From Antedon mediterranea (taxonomy: Eukaryota > Animalia > Echinodermata), in assembly GCF_964355755.1 (NCBI RefSeq), contig NC_092675.1:1359812-1423811 (forward strand): DNA of 64,000 nucleotides. The letters run 5' to 3'. The notes below the pieces were generated by a model. It did not search any database. It was given only the letters and a program-made list of their open reading frames with translations, and was not told the origin of the DNA. The translations under genes were made by a program, and so were the position numbers. Positions 14,601 to 29,300 of the stretch are shown one piece after another (positions within the stretch are counted from its first letter, which is position 1; the number at the start of each line of letters is the position of its first letter).

Positions 14601-16026
14601 GTTTCTAATTTATAACTAGATAAATTTATGGTAAATTGTGACAATGGGCTCTTGTCTATCTTCTCTAGAGTCTATCTAAGATTAACTGGTATAGGGCCTA
14701 CTAGTTGAACTAAAGTTGTTGACATCTAGATTACAACCCATAATATAAATATTAATACTACAGTATAAAACTCTGATTACTTTTAAATTAGGGCGTCAAA
14801 GACGACATTTGCATCTACACATGTGACTTCTTTAAGATAAATTCAGCAACAACTGGAGGTAAATTTGATTGTATCTGGGACCGTGGATCATTAGCTGCCA
14901 TCAACCCGTCAGACCGCAATAGGTACGTTTAAATGTTGGACTGTCCTGTATGTTAATGTGGTTACGATATTTAATCAATAGTAGCGTCAACGCATGCGTA
15001 CAAAGTCAGCTTTTCAACACACGTTACAATATGTGACTTTTTACTGATAATTTTATTTGATATGTCTAAATAAAAAATTACAATCTATATAGTTGAAATC
15101 TGTTAATCAGCAGGTACACGTCGGGTACTAATCCTAGTTCTATAGAAGCGGGTTAGGAAAGCTTACAGCCTAAACATTATTGTTTATTTATTTGCACAAA
15201 AACAAGTTATACTATTTCTATTTTAGATATCATGACGTAATTTTGGATTTATTAGAAGAGGATGGTCGTTACTTATTGGATGTATTTGAAGTAGACCACA
15301 AAAAGTTTGCCGGGCCACCAAATAACTTTTTAAAAGAAGACATTCACAAACTATTTGGTAAATATACAATATCATTATCTTTAAACCTTTCTACTAAAGT
15401 TTCCAAAATTTGCTGACAAACTGCAGAAATATTCTTTTATGAACTCAGCGAAACAAATAATTTACACTAGTAAACTTTAGTTTGCAGCACAAGCAGTTTG
15501 CAAACAAGTTGTATCAAGTTTTCTAGTGTAGACTAGGCCAAGCTCGGAAACGTTATCAAACTTGCATTCAAACTGCAAGTCTGGTAAAATTTACAAATGT
15601 AGACGAGGCTTTAGTCTACATTAGAAACTTGACCAATTCTTTGTTTGCAACAAACTCCGAACTTGCCACTATTTGGAGAAATTCGTGGTGTCTATCTGAC
15701 ATTATAGTTACTGGATCGTCTGGTATTGTCCATCTGTATAGAATAACATGACTACAAAACTGTTATTTTATTGGCTGAACACCACATTACCCTGACATGC
15801 ACAGCGCCGCACTGACAAAACCCCGTTCCACCATTACCAAAAGATACTGTTACCTTGTTTTTACTTTTTTTAAATTATTGATTTGAAATCTTATTTTGTT
15901 TTTGTTTTTCCAGAGGAAAAATGCAATGTTGAAGATCTAAAGAGAAGAGATGCAATGACCAAATGGCAACAGGAATGGAATGTGGACTACTTTGACGAAT
16001 GTGTATACATGTTAACGTTTAAGTAG
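11660..16026 (+). CDS. TPMT: Thiopurine S-methyltransferase-like protein, 6 coding exons
   Basis: GT-AG exons 11660-11919, 12522-12614, 13604-13736, 14792-14922, 15227-15357, 15914-16026 join in frame. Motifs WKKRWDNQQTKFH, RFFVPLCGKSVDMKW, GHSVVGCE, FDCIWDRGSLAAINP, GPP match the TPMT family. Start codon uncertain (ATGs at 11660, 11705, 11732). Confidence 0.92.
12890..13306. repeat. 29-bp minisatellite, 14 copies, TPMT intron 2
   Basis: Unit TAAAAAACAAACAGTACGGCACCAAGGGG, period 29, nearly invariant, no spacers. Confidence 0.97.
14345..14494. mobile_element. MITE family 1 copy
   Basis: TAAAGCTCTGTCTACACTAT ... ATAGTATAGACAGAGCTTTA. Confidence 0.85.
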
Positions 16027-17478
16027 TTCAATGTACAAAACAAAAAAGAAGATTTTTTTTATGTTAAGTTATAAAATGGATACTTTAAATAAGTGAATAT
16101 TAAAGCCAAGCAGCTAGCGCAGCTGTATCGGGTACAGGTATTTATAACATAGCGGAATAGCAAAAATAGTTGGTAAATTATATTAATTTATATAACTTCA
16201 TTATGAGTGATCAAATTAACGAAGTTTACTATTGATTGATTATTGATGAAAGTATTTACTAAATAAACTAATTTAATAATGATAGTGTTTAACACGAATT
16301 GGCCACTTAAGAAAAAAAAAACAAAAATGGAATTGGCTAGTTTATGGACAGAATGTTATTATATATATATATATTTATGTTTGAATTAAGATGTCCTAAA
16401 ATGAAACTTTGATGAAAATAGTTGTCGTCTGAAATTTGCCATCAAGACGTCTACACGAAATATACATGCGGGATTATGTGAATTCAGATAAAAATAGAAA
16501 TGACGGTAATTACGTGTATTAGACATTGCCTGCAAAAAGCATTTGAACTAAAACAGCATAGCATGTTGCGAATAGCTAAGCAAAACAATGAGTTCTAGGT
16601 CTAATGTTAAAACTAATTATTGTACATTCACCCGCGAGATTTCCTGAACTTCATCGTCAAGCAGAGAAACCAATTTAAACATAATGTATAATTAACGAAA
16701 CTAAAAATAGCTTGCATAGTTCGCAATGCATATTTAAATCTGTTTCAACTAGACAAATTTATTCTCGCGCGAATCGAAAGCATTGACCAATGCGTATTCA
16801 TGTACTTTTTGTGACGCAATAAATTGCCCAACCAATCAGAACTCAGGAATGCTCAATTCGCATGAATATATTCGCATTGTGGAAAATATGCTTCACGTGT
16901 CGGTTTTAATAATACGTTAGTTGGATAGTTTGTTTTCGGAGATCTGAACTTTAGAATAGAGAAATGCCATTTGATTCGATTGATGTTTGTAATTAGTATG
17001 TAAATGTAGATATTGTTAGGAAATTAACAACGAGTCCATTGTAACAGTACTGTGGTTTGAAACATTTTTTTCAACTTATATATAAATACTAAATGTTTGT
17101 CAAACGAGAAAATATGCACTGTATATATCTCGCTCGTGTGGCGATATTTAGAATGTTCAAAAGCAGTAAGGAGAGAGGCAGGGTTGCGAGTCATAGGCCT
17201 ACCAAATCGATTACTTTGAGTAGGCCTAAATACAGTCTTAATTCCCATAAGCTATGGTATCATTTAGAATATTCTGGTATTCATTGTAATTTTTAATTTA
17301 AATTATTTATAAGATGACGGTTATTAAGTATCAATATGAATACATTGTTTTCTTTCTCAAAGTATATCACAGTAATGTAGTTATAATTCAGTGATGAGGT
17401 CGACAGAAATTGACATTTTGTGAGACCGAAATTCAGCTAGTCAAACATCAACTAGCCAATTATATGGGTTGATAGAGT

Positions 17479-17637
17479 AAAGGCCAATTTACACAGACGA
17501 GCGGTAGTAAAAATATAGAAACTATGTTATTCCTTATGACCATTTACAACACAACAGGATAGATACTGATCCATACGTTGGACAAGCTCCTCGGTTTTAC
17601 GCTTACCGTTACCACTCGTCTGTGGTAATTTACCTTA
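17479..17637. mobile_element. MITE with imperfect TIRs
   Basis: AAGGCCAATTTACACAGACGAGCGG ... CCACTCGTCTGTGGTAATTTACCTT. Confidence 0.55.
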
Positions 17638-18370
17638 AGCCTAGATATTTGCAGGTTGGTCATTAGCCTACTTTTCGACTAAAACTACGGTGTAAATGTG
17701 TACGGCCATTAAGAGACCTTCCTCTAAGTTGAATATCGTTTATACGGTTACCGTGCCATTTATGGAAAAAAATGACGACATTCAGTAGTTTTGCTTTTGG
17801 AATAAGAAACAGGACTTACATTTTTTATTAACTGTATAGACACACAGACTTTTAATCAATATAGATTTGATGGGGAACTTTGACAATAAATAACGAAAAT
17901 ATAGACTAAATGTTATTACTGTACGTTTCTTTCTTTTCAAAATTAAAATATAAAGGAAAACCAACAAGGTATTTTAATCTCTTCAAATGGAAAACATTGA
18001 AAAAACAGATTGAAAGAACAGATTTAAAGAACAGATTGAACATTTAGTAATATTTACTATTTAAATATACCTACAGGCATAATTATTAGAAGAATCGCCA
18101 ATCGTCTATGTTGAAGTAGAAAAGATTTTGCAATCTTGCTAATATGGTGGTTAACATCATCGTAAAACTAAACACAGATTTGTTAAATAAATATTTTCAA
18201 AGGATTTCTATAGACAACTTCCAGTCGGCATATTTTAAAAAAGGACTGCTTTATGTGATAAAATAAAGCCCGCGGCTTAGCTTGAAGCGACCTTATTTAT
18301 TTGGAAAAAGTGGTTTAGACAGATGGCAAACAACAAAAAACAAAATTTGACAACGTAACGCTGGAACTAG

Positions 18371-18479
18371 TAAAGCTCTGTCTACACTATCAGACTAGTG
18401 ATATGCCCAAATATGGTATGTCCATTATGGGCACATCACATATTGTCACATAAAGTTTGTTAGTGTAGAAAGCGCTTTA
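18371..18479. mobile_element. MITE family 1 copy (internally deleted)
   Basis: TAAAGCTCTGTCTACACTAT ... TAGTGTAGAAAGCGCTTTA. Confidence 0.8.
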
Positions 18480-18672
18480 CTATATTGTGTCAAATCGGTG
18501 TTGATTGAAGATGTTTTAAAACTGTTTACTTGACACAACGTAAACCTCTGCATTACTAAAACCGGTATATATATAACACTGATGTCTATGTACAGTATAC
18601 ATTTCAACACAAACTCGACAGACAAGTGCTATTCCATGCGATTTTCAATAACGATATAACTTGTTCAGTATC

Positions 18673-18803
18673 TAAAGCTCTGTCTACACTATCAAACTAG
18701 TGATGTGCCCAAATATGGTAGTGATATGACAGCATCGTGCCCATATATGGCCACATCACATTTTTGTTGTTACATAAAGTTTGATAGTGTAGACAGCGCT
18801 TTA
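18673..18803. mobile_element. MITE family 1 copy
   Basis: TAAAGCTCTGTCTACACTATCAAACT ... AGTTTGATAGTGTAGACAGCGCTTTA. Confidence 0.88.
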
Positions 18804-20020
18804 GAAAAGTACCGTGATACAGAGTTACATGTAATAAATTATTGTATCTTTTTTTTCATTGTCATATTAATTAGACATTGTATTTGGGAGTTTGCCTATA
18901 ATACAAATACAATTATCTCTACTGTAGATACAGCATACAGGTATAAAAACTGAACTTCTAAATAACACATCAATAAATATTTAGAACAGAATAAATCGTG
19001 TGAAAACCTTATCGATATGCTATGCTATTAATGTCTATATGTACACAATAACCTAGGGCCACATAACCGTATCACAATAACTCGGGCGCCGGTTGTATAG
19101 ACTGGATACAATTTGTTTAATTTGGAATGAATTACATTCATTTTACAACAGTCAACATGAGTCATAAAATGAATGAAGTAAACAATGCAATACTTGCTAT
19201 ATTGGTCATCTAATACTGTAGATAGATTACACTATTGTTTGGTTTATTTCTATAATAAATCTAGAATGACCTAAACGTTGGCAGACATTTAAATGGATAG
19301 TAATTCTTACCTGATAGCCACAACGGGAGCACAAATAAACAATTAGGAGGCATATCATTGGGATTTCAGTGCAGAAAACATGCAAACCTACCTACCATAA
19401 GAGAAAAACCCCAATTTAAATTAAACATAAAAACAAAATACCTTTACCACATGATTTTAATCAAATATACAGAATATACAAGTTTTGCAATTTTATTTGC
19501 CTATGTGCTATTAAATATGATTTACCAATTTAGTGGCGGCCATTTTGGATTTTTGCCGCCATCTTAAAAAATAAAAATACGACCACAGTGGCTCCTAGGC
19601 AAACATCAATTGGTAGGTCCCAATAAGGCTTCATACCAAATTTGGCGCTTTTGTCCACCATGTAATACATTTCTCAAAATGTGTTGTTAAGCCACCTGAT
19701 ACATAATTACTATGAACTATCAGAAACAATTACATAAATGTATACCAATACTTCTGTGAGTATTATGAATTCAAAGACGTATTACTTATATTGCACGTAA
19801 GTATCACTGTTATTCCCCATTTCAAGTAAATACAGCAGTTTATTAAAACCATATATCATACGGTCAATCAGAAATTTAAAAAAAAGACCTCTGATGGGAT
19901 TCGAACAGAGGCCTAAGAAAACATAGGAGGCTTCAGTACTTTTATGAACGATGGACTCATTGAGAGCATAAATATTTGATAATTTTTTGGAAAATGACTG
20001 TACATGAGTATTTACACTGA

Positions 20021-23000
20021 TCATAATAGAATCCTATATTTCTCAGCCCTTGGAACTCTGTTGATGACAAGACGTCCATCAAAGCTAAGTGACGCAAACA
20101 ACCATGGGTCAGCTGTTGACCATTCTGCAGCGTACACACTGTCTTCATGCTCTTCATAAGTTGAAATAATATCATCTTGGACCGGTTCTAATGGTTTCCT
20201 AAATTTAAAAAAAGGGAGAATTTATTATGTTTTTTATTTGTTTACAGACATTCTTAAGCTCTGTCTACACTATCAAACTTTATGTGACAAACAAATGTGA
20301 TGTGCCCATATATGGACAATCATGATGATTTCATATCACTACCATATTTGGGAACATCACACTTTTTTTGTCAAACTAATTTGATAGTGTAGACAGAAAT
20401 TTATATTTTCTGATCTGATCTCATATTTTCACATGTGTTTGTAAAGCTTTGTAAATATGGTAGTGAAATGACATCAATATGTCCATACATCACATGTGAT
20501 AGTGCAGATGGATATATATGTGTACACATACACCCAAAACTGAGGGCAGTGTTTGAAATACAACCAGGGCCAAAGGAAATCTATATATTGTTTACAACCT
20601 GGGTTTAAGTAAGTAACAACTTTATCTGTATTCTTATTTTAATATTTTCTTATATTATTTTTTTTTCATCTGTAAATAAATTTATTAATTATATTAAAAC
20701 GTTTTATAATTGTCTGTTGTAATAATGACGTGCTGTAATGTATGATTTTGGTCACTTTTGGAATGTTTCTTTTTTATTGTACATTTGTACTGTCCTTGTT
20801 TTTTTAGACGAATAAATGACATGAAATCTTGATGTTTACAAACATAATAAGTAACAAACAAACATAATAGACAAAAATTAATTATTATTTTATGTATAAT
20901 ATTTGATATCAATACCTGTTGCTGTCTTCTATATCACTATCATCATCATCTTCTTCATGATGACCAAATGGTTCAGACGAGATTGATGAGACATTGTTAA
21001 GAGTAACTCTACTATCGCTACTGGACGTCAGCACCAACTGATCATGGAAATGATTGTATCGTACACTCCACACCCTGAATATAGTAAATATATAAAACAC
21101 AAAATATAATTGGTGTGACAACAATTTGAAGCTTTATAGAATTTTTTTTATTTAACCACATTAGGTGACCCTAAACAGCGTATGCTGACAATCAAGGGGC
21201 CCTCATGATGAGTTATGATAAGTGGCAGGACTTGTGCACAGCAAAGAAAGATATCGTATGGAAAATGAGGTTTCTGAAACAAAAATCTAGATCAGCCACT
21301 GCAACTCACACAGACTCACTGGATAACTGATGAAATTCTCTTCAATGTTGTCTCCATAGTCTATTTTTACTGAAAGATGCCTGATGATGAGTACACAATT
21401 AAATGAAAACTATGATAATACAATTGTGAAGGAAATGACAATTTCATAAATTAATGGTAAATCACATCACTAACCAATGAGAATGATCGGTGAGAGTCTT
21501 AACAGATTCACTAGTATTCCTTGTGTCCCAGAACTGAACTTTACAATCATCACCACAACTTGCCAGGTAATACTGTTTATTAGGATTAAAGTCTACATCA
21601 CGTACAAGCTGACTGTGTGCATTCTCAATAGTGTACACTTCCCTAGAAAAGAGAAACATTTTTATAGAAATATTTCATTAATGAAGAAAGTAACAATACA
21701 GATGTACTATCCCCCAAAAAACATGAAAATTGAAGATTAAATCAATTAGACTTTGAATAGGCCATTTTGTAGTTTTAATAAAGTTAATGACTTCCATAGA
21801 AAAAAACACAAAAAACATGCTTATTAAAATAACATAATATATGGCTAAATTCAACCAAAATTTGACAAAAACAAAATACATACTGCATTGTTCTAAGATC
21901 CCATCCTCTGATTGTAGTGTCATTTGCTGTTGCTATTTGAACATTGTTATGATGAGGATTCCAACTTCCACAGGTGAACTTTGGATGACCTTTAACCTCT
22001 AATGTGGCAGAGTTACTGATCTAAAAAAAATGAGTGAATGTGATTGTAATTGAAGAAGGTGTACAGAGCCGGTTTCTACTGACAATCCCTAAAAAGACTG
22101 TTTCCAACAGATCAACTCTGGTTGTTTATAAACAACGAGGTAGTGTTTGTTATGGAATGACATCATTATCAATACCCATATAAACTTCCAGTTTGTAACG
22201 ACCTACGTATATTGTGCTTTTGTGTCTGTCGTCTGTGTCACGTGAGGAAGCACATACCAATAGCATCGCATACACATAATGAATTAACATGACATAACTA
22301 GGTCCAAGGTCGTTGCAATTCAAAACTCCCTTTTGTTCAGTTGAAGGCAAATTACATTAGTTCTGGTACATTTTTAAAGCCTTTTATCCTTGCCAGTCGA
22401 AACAGGCCTTTTAAAATCAAAATTAATTTTGTATTAGTAATTATTTTGTTTGCAGTAAAAGAGAATAAAATACATACCCTAGCTTGAGATGAGCTAGCTT
22501 GCAAGTCCCATTCAAGAATATTATTTTCTGATAATGTTAACATTTTAGTCCCATCTGCTTGAGGCTCCCACATTGTGCTAAAAATAATATTTACACCTTT
22601 TTAGTATTTTTCAAATACTGCTTTTATACCACAGAGCAAATAACTTATTAACAGCACAGTGATGCTAATATTATGTCATATCTTTTAAATTGTAACTATG
22701 CCTCCCATATAAATAAAAATGTAGCATTATCTTTTTTTATAATTATAACATTAATACTGTACACAAAAACAACATGTGGCAATCCACACGGTTTAAACAA
22801 TTTGAACAAATTAAGTTATCAAAAGAATGTTTGTCTATTACATTTATGTGTATGGGTAGTGATGTGACCAAATATAGTAAGGGTATGACATAATGTCCAT
22901 ATATGGCAAACATCACATTTTTTTGTCACATAAAGTTTGGTTTGATAGTGTAGACAGAGCTTTAGTGTGTGTATGTCTTCTAAACTTACCAGACTATATT

Positions 23001-24385
23001 ACCAAAATTTGCACTATCCAGATTACAAAGAAGCTCTAAAGTAGGTGGGCTTGAGCTTGAGTCACCATGGTCTTCAGCTCCACTGTCCAGCACATCATCT
23101 TCACTAGGTATCCTCCACAATGAGGTCAATCTCTCTGTTTTGTTATCTACAGCTGTTTAAAAAGATAATTGAAAACATTATATTTTTGGGGTTTTTTTTC
23201 CCAACATTGGCCAATGGCTTCTCTTGTCCAGTGCCTACCTTAACCAGAGGAGAGGCATACAGTATGCCGATAGCTTAGTAGTCTGAGGCAGATACTAGAT
23301 GCAGGGGCTACCATAATAGTCAGCAGAGAGAGCCTGTATTAAAAGGTTACACACAATCTGGAAATAACATTACTACAATATATTGTTTTTTAATAAAAGA
23401 ATAACAACTTGAGAAAAGTTTTACTTTTATTATAACATGTTGCCAGGATGTCCTTGTTTGCAGGATTCGATGCGATGTGCCATATTTCACCTTCTTTGTG
23501 CAAGTACACCGTCTTATTTAGTTGGTTGTTTTCTTCATCAAAATCTAAAAGATGAACCTAAAAAGACAAGTACATCGATTCAACCCACCTAAACCTAATC
23601 TCAACAATTTAAATAGATGGGGGGTATTTGGAAGAAAACAGATTGATTGTTCCACATATCCAGAGGTACATAATAGCTAGTTTATTAATACATAACCACC
23701 TTTTGAGAATATCATAAAAATATATTTTATTTACAGTACCTACCTGATTATCAAATTTCAGGGACTGAGTTCCTACTAGAAATCGGATGGCTTCAGATTC
23801 TGCTACTTGAGCCGTTAATGCTCTGGCCTATGTATGAGAACAATGATGATTAATAATAATTTAAATAAAATAATAAGCTTTTATTATTGGGTCATACTAA
23901 TCTTCACCTGGTAGACCCTAGTAATAGTATAGACCGGTCGGGTTTTATGATATAAAATGAAATGTAATCAAACAAGTACATGCTCACATTGTATTAAATT
24001 AAATGTTATTGTGATATTTAATTTTAAATTTTATATAATAGGCCTAGGCCGGGCCTACATTTTTTTAATGTAAAAAACTGTCAAAATACTGGTAGTAATA
24101 AGTAGGCCCTATGTTCATTCCGAAACTGAAGACCTGCCTCTCAGATTAATGATGTTTTGTTGTTGTTGACGCATTGTGACAAATGAAAAACAATATTTTA
24201 ACTGATTTTAATTTGTTTCTGCCCGAGGCCTACTTAGCATGGGCCAACTACGGTAAGAATCGCCGATGACAACAGTCGATTCAGCCTCTACACACATGAT
24301 ATATAGGCCTAGCCTAGCTAAAAACTTATCCATTGGGAATTACCTGAAATTCAAGTCCATAAATAACAGGAGCATCGTCTTCCAT
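20021..24385 (-). CDS. EIPR1: EARP/GARP-interacting protein 1 (TSSC1), WD40 repeat protein, 9 coding exons
   Basis: Exons 24385-24344, 23827-23744, 23557-23425, 23152-22990, 22577-22478, 22020-21884, 21642-21475, 21074-20916, 20198-20021. N-terminus [18 protein letters not shown]; [26 protein letters not shown]; C-terminus [45 protein letters not shown]. Confidence 0.96.
20254..20404. mobile_element. MITE family 1 copy (opposite orientation)
   Basis: TTAAGCTCTGTCTACACTATCAAACT ... TTTGATAGTGTAGACAGAAATTTA. Confidence 0.85.
22830..22964. mobile_element. MITE family 1 copy (degraded left end)
   Basis: Right TIR TTTGATAGTGTAGACAGAGCTTTA plus the family core. Confidence 0.7.
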
Positions 24386-24499
24386 TTTGTATACCAGGAT
24401 TAGCCCCAACTGAAAAATTACTTATTAATCTCAAATAAGATCGATTTTTGCATTAGATTATTTGTACTACACTGTGTGTGGGCAGAGAAAATGTGTATG

Positions 24500-24590
24500 T
24501 AGGACTGTCTCTTGCGGAATGTAACGGAAGACTAACGCCCTCTTGCGATGGTGGAGTTGCATGTACTTTACTGCCCTCTGGTTGATCAAT
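24500..24590 (-). promoter_or_regulatory. Putative EIPR1 promoter with ETS-like and two CTCF-like motifs
   Basis: 120-200 bp upstream of the ATG: GCGGAATG and ACGGAAG; minus-strand TCGCAAGAGGGCGTT and CAACCAGAGGGCAGT. Confidence 0.4.
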
Positions 24591-26155
24591 ATTTTTTATT
24601 GGAAAAAGTTTTAGAAAGGTAAAATTATTCTTTCTTTTGCAAGTTGCAAAGTTGAACTGAGGGATTAATGCTTTTATATTGCATTGACAAATATCGATTA
24701 ACCATTCCCTCAGAAATAAACAATAAGTGTAAAAATGAGTGGAATCTAGGAATAAAAGTACTAAAGACATTTTCAGTAATTTATTTTATTGTATCACATG
24801 CTTTTATCATCATACAGTATTATTATCATATTTTCAAAAAAATATAATATACAGAGTGTAGTATTGGATGGTTATTTACAATTTGTGCATTATATTGTGT
24901 GTGTGGCTGCCCAAGGTCAAGTATAATATTTGTAACACTCATGTCAGATATTACTAGTTGTAGATCTGTACAACAGAGTCTGAATTTTAACAAAAACTAT
25001 ATTCTTTAACATTCTTACACGGGTATGGTAAGGTAATCTGGTTTTTGTGGATATAAATCATTGTATAGAACACAAAGGTAAATAATGAATGTACAGCACC
25101 AATATCTAGCATTTTATTCTATAATATACTTTTTGTTATTTCTTCTTAATATCAAAACAACCTTTTTACAACCATACATGTATTACATTGTTATAAAATC
25201 TCAAGTTATTCCTAATATCATTAAAACTTTTTTTACAATCCTACATATCCTATAATTAAGTATTATCAAATGGTCCTAAAAGGTGCATTGAAGTATCTCA
25301 TATCAGCAGCAATAAGTCAGAAAAAAATCCTATTACTTTAAAAATGTCAATGCATTTCTTTATCTTATTAGAATGGATTTTTAAAAAAGCAAGAAATGTT
25401 AAAAACCCTAATGTAGGTCACTCTCCAATCAAGGCAATCTAATGAGATGCTGAGCTCCCAGAGACCAAAAGATTTATCTGTGGCTGCAACACGATCAGTA
25501 CACGGCCTCTAAACTTTTCACTCCATCAATTGGCTGAATTGTTTGGAGAATAGTCCATAGTACGGTACTGTTGGTATTTGTCACAGCCAGATATAAGATC
25601 AAAGGACTGTTATGAGTTCCTATCTTGGCAAGCGATTGCCTTGCTCCAATAAAGACAAGACAATAGTTTGTTTCATCAATTAATTTACCTGAGAGTTAGC
25701 TATATTGTCTAGTCTTTCTGTTTTTAAAGCATAAATTAGTAAAAGTAAATATTTTAGCACCATAAAATAATACAAAGTAAAGCCATATGGAAAATTTAAG
25801 TTTCCTAGAAATAATGCCTGTTCATCATTTATGTTTAAAAACAAGAATATTTTAAGGTATTTTAAATACACCCTGAGAAGAATATGGTCACGTTATCACG
25901 TCTTTATGACTAGAAGGGCCTTGCCATAAAGTAACACTTGGTAGTTTAAAATTGAAAAAAAAAAGACATTCTCACAAATGATCAACCAAAAAGAAACTAC
26001 CTTTAAACACTGTCATAATTCTATGGAGCATGCTAACTGGTTCTGGTAAATAATATTTCATAATTTTACTAAAACGGTGGGAAAAGGCCCCTGGTTTACC
26101 ACTTTTAAGGGACGTTCAATGCTGGGGAGTTGCATTGGACTGCTCATGCTCTTGT

Positions 26156-26228
26156 GCCTCTTGCGCTCTGGGGCCTCTTAAGCTCTGGTGCCTCTTAAGC
26201 TCTGGGGCCTCTTAAGCTCTGGGGCCTT
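26156..26228. repeat. 17-bp tandem repeat (about 4 copies) in the UCKL1 3' UTR
   Basis: GCCTCTTAAGCTCTGG(G/T) repeated. Confidence 0.8.
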
Positions 26229-26329
26229 TTTTGTCACCAGTGTTCACTCCTACTGCTTAGCTACCATAACGGCAGATTCAACTATACATGACAACATTAT
26301 TGACTCAACAGTTCACAATACTTCTAGGC

Positions 26330-29300
26330 TCATACAACATCTGTTCCAAAATACCTATTTCCAAAATTACCTAGAGAAAAAACAATAGTGTTACATATAG
26401 TTTTTAGGAAAGATAAAACCATTATTTGTCACAGTTGATAGTGTAGACAGAGCTTGAAGCATACAAACAAATCTATACCATTGGTTGGTTAGAGATGCTT
26501 GACTGACAGAGGTACTTTCAAACAGGACACTTTATATTCACAATGTTTAGTATATCTATATAAATGCAGTGAGTACATACCAATACCAGGGATAATGTGG
26601 AAGTTCTCATTCACTTCTTTATCAACTGCTGTTGTCACTATTTTCACCTTTGGAAATGCATAAGCAACAGTATGCACACCTGGGGAAGGGGAATAAGTAA
26701 ATCATCCACTGTACAATAAAATGCAAAATAATTGATATATTAAAGGGAAGATTTAAGTAGTGGGTTCATTAAGAATTAAAATCATTTTTAAAAATTCCAG
26801 TAAACTCACATTAATTCATAATCAAAATAAAGGTTTATACCTGAATATCAAAGTTTAACACTGAAAACTAAACATAAAGAAATTTGAAGCTAAAAATACC
26901 TGATTCGGCCATCAGTAATGATACAAGCATTATATTCGGCTCTGCAACATCATGATCCTAGAAACGAAAGTGTACATTATTTGTTATCCTACACGATTAA
27001 CAAATTCAACGGCAAGGATACACTTGACATGTATTAAACAGAATTCCACACCCATCATCCATTGAGTGCAATCACTCAAAAAGTATATACAGTAATCGCA
27101 ACAAGATAGTCAACCTACTAAACAATTTCTGATCAGTTGAGAAAGATCTATAGATCAAATTTTCAAATAAATTGCAGCAAATCAACTACCTTTTCTGTAC
27201 TTTTTTTGGATCTAACCAACTTATGTACAAGTTAACTGTATATGGACATGATCCAACATGTTAAGGAATATTATCTAGTTTCAGGATCAATTTTTTATAA
27301 AGTAGGTATGTCGGTATTATATGATTATTTCACTAAATATTGCAATCTTCTGTTCTGTGAACGGATGAATGGGTTTAATTGGATATGGTCAGTTATAGTA
27401 AACATATACTTACTAATAGTACCCTAATTGCCATCATGGCCGCTGCACCGGTGGCAACTGTAGCGTCCATTAAAATCACATAGTCCTCATGAATATCCTT
27501 AGGAAGTCTTAGATAGTGTAGCTGAAATACATATTTTACATTTAGTATTATAAACAACTTTGTCCTATTATGATCAGGTTCAACATCATACTTGATGTAA
27601 TTTTTCCTTCAAAATTCAATTAAAAATAGACATCCTTATATTGAATATATTTTTATTATCTTTAGGCAAGGATTACCAATCACTGTCCTATCAGTTTTGT
27701 ATGCTAACCTCTGGTTCCTCTGTGTCTAAGTTTGTTTGTATTAGAATCTTTCCAAGTCTAATGTCTTTACACACTTCACATAGGGCAGGCTCCATCACCT
27801 CACCAGCTCGAAGGATTGAAACTCCACATATCTATAATGAAAGGAGCATAAGAAAAAAGAGAAAATAATGATGTACAGTACATCAATGATACTGAAACTT
27901 GTGTAAAATTAGTCCAAAACTAATGCATTCGAAGGAGACAATAGTGTTTGAAAAATGTTCAAGGGGGGCTGTTACTATAGGATGGTTTGTTTTAATTTTG
28001 AAATAAAGCTCTGTCTACACTATCAAACTTTATGTGACAACAATTGCTATGTGCCCACATATGGACCACTAGGCCTAGTGGTGGGCCTGGTAATTCTCCA
28101 ATCACCAGATCTACACATAGGCCTAAAGAGGTAGAAGAGGGGTAGAAAAGTATATCTAGGTGTGGTGAAATCAGAACTCTAAATTAGAAAAACTATACAT
28201 TGTTATTCAAAACAAAATGGCAATGGCACTGCCGTTAGGGAGAGAGAAATCCGACCATTTTGGTAACCAATACACTGTTGCTTATTAACAAATATGATGA
28301 ACTAAATCTGTTTAAATAAATTTCTCACTGGAGATTAACGAGGAATTAAAATAAAAATATCAACTAACCCTTCCTTTGAATCGTTTGCCTGTGTATTGTC
28401 CTCCCTGTGGTGTATCAACTTCATGATCCTACAAAAAAGATAAGCTTGTAAGCACTGATTATTTGAATAATGTTTTACAGGTTAAAACGAAGATATGCAG
28501 ACCTCTCTTCTTAACAAATTAAATATCGGGAGGTATTCTGAAACTATAGAGGGCGCTAAAATATTACACCTAAATATATTGGCATTTATAATGCGTGCCA
28601 AAAGCAAAAATTGCGTTGGCAACTAATTATTTTACTTATTAAACAACGCATGAATGGAATATAAACATTATATGGACCGACATTATTATGTTTTATCTCT
28701 TATCAATATCTAGAGTACAGTAGTAGAATTCATAAATGTATACATCAGTTTTTTGGTTTATTCAAAATATCGGGAGACTTCCACCATTATCGGTAGAGTT
28801 GGGAGGTCTGAATATGATTCATACAGTACTGCAATTGTTACAAGTGTGAGATTCTGAAAGTCTGTACCAAGAATGCAGTAACTATTTAAACTGTTCATAT
28901 AACTACAATATAACTACAATTATGATTTCCAGAGGTGGATTCAGGATTTTAAATTAGGGGGTGGGGGGGGGGCAGGGCCTAAAAATAGTAAAATGAAGTG
29001 CTGAACTTAATTTGATGTCCTATCTTTTACGTTAAAATTTTTTTTTTATTAAATGGGACCCGGGCCAGCTGGGCTCCCCCCCCCCCCCTTTGAATCCGCC
29101 CCTGATGTCTTCATATTAGATACTTACGCTAAATGGTAACAAAGAGAGTGAATGTTCTATAAGAATTCTTGTAAGTCGTTTAGAATAAAAGATAAATTCA
29201 TCTCTCGACGTATCTTTGTTCCTGCAAATAATTAGAGAATGTAATAATTTAAAGATGTATTGTCCCCAAAAACATGAAGATTAATTAAATCAGATTTTGA

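Noticed and set aside
21205-21277. C/D-box-like ATGATGA ... CTGA
   Set aside because: Antisense to the host gene EIPR1, with no terminal stem or evident guide.
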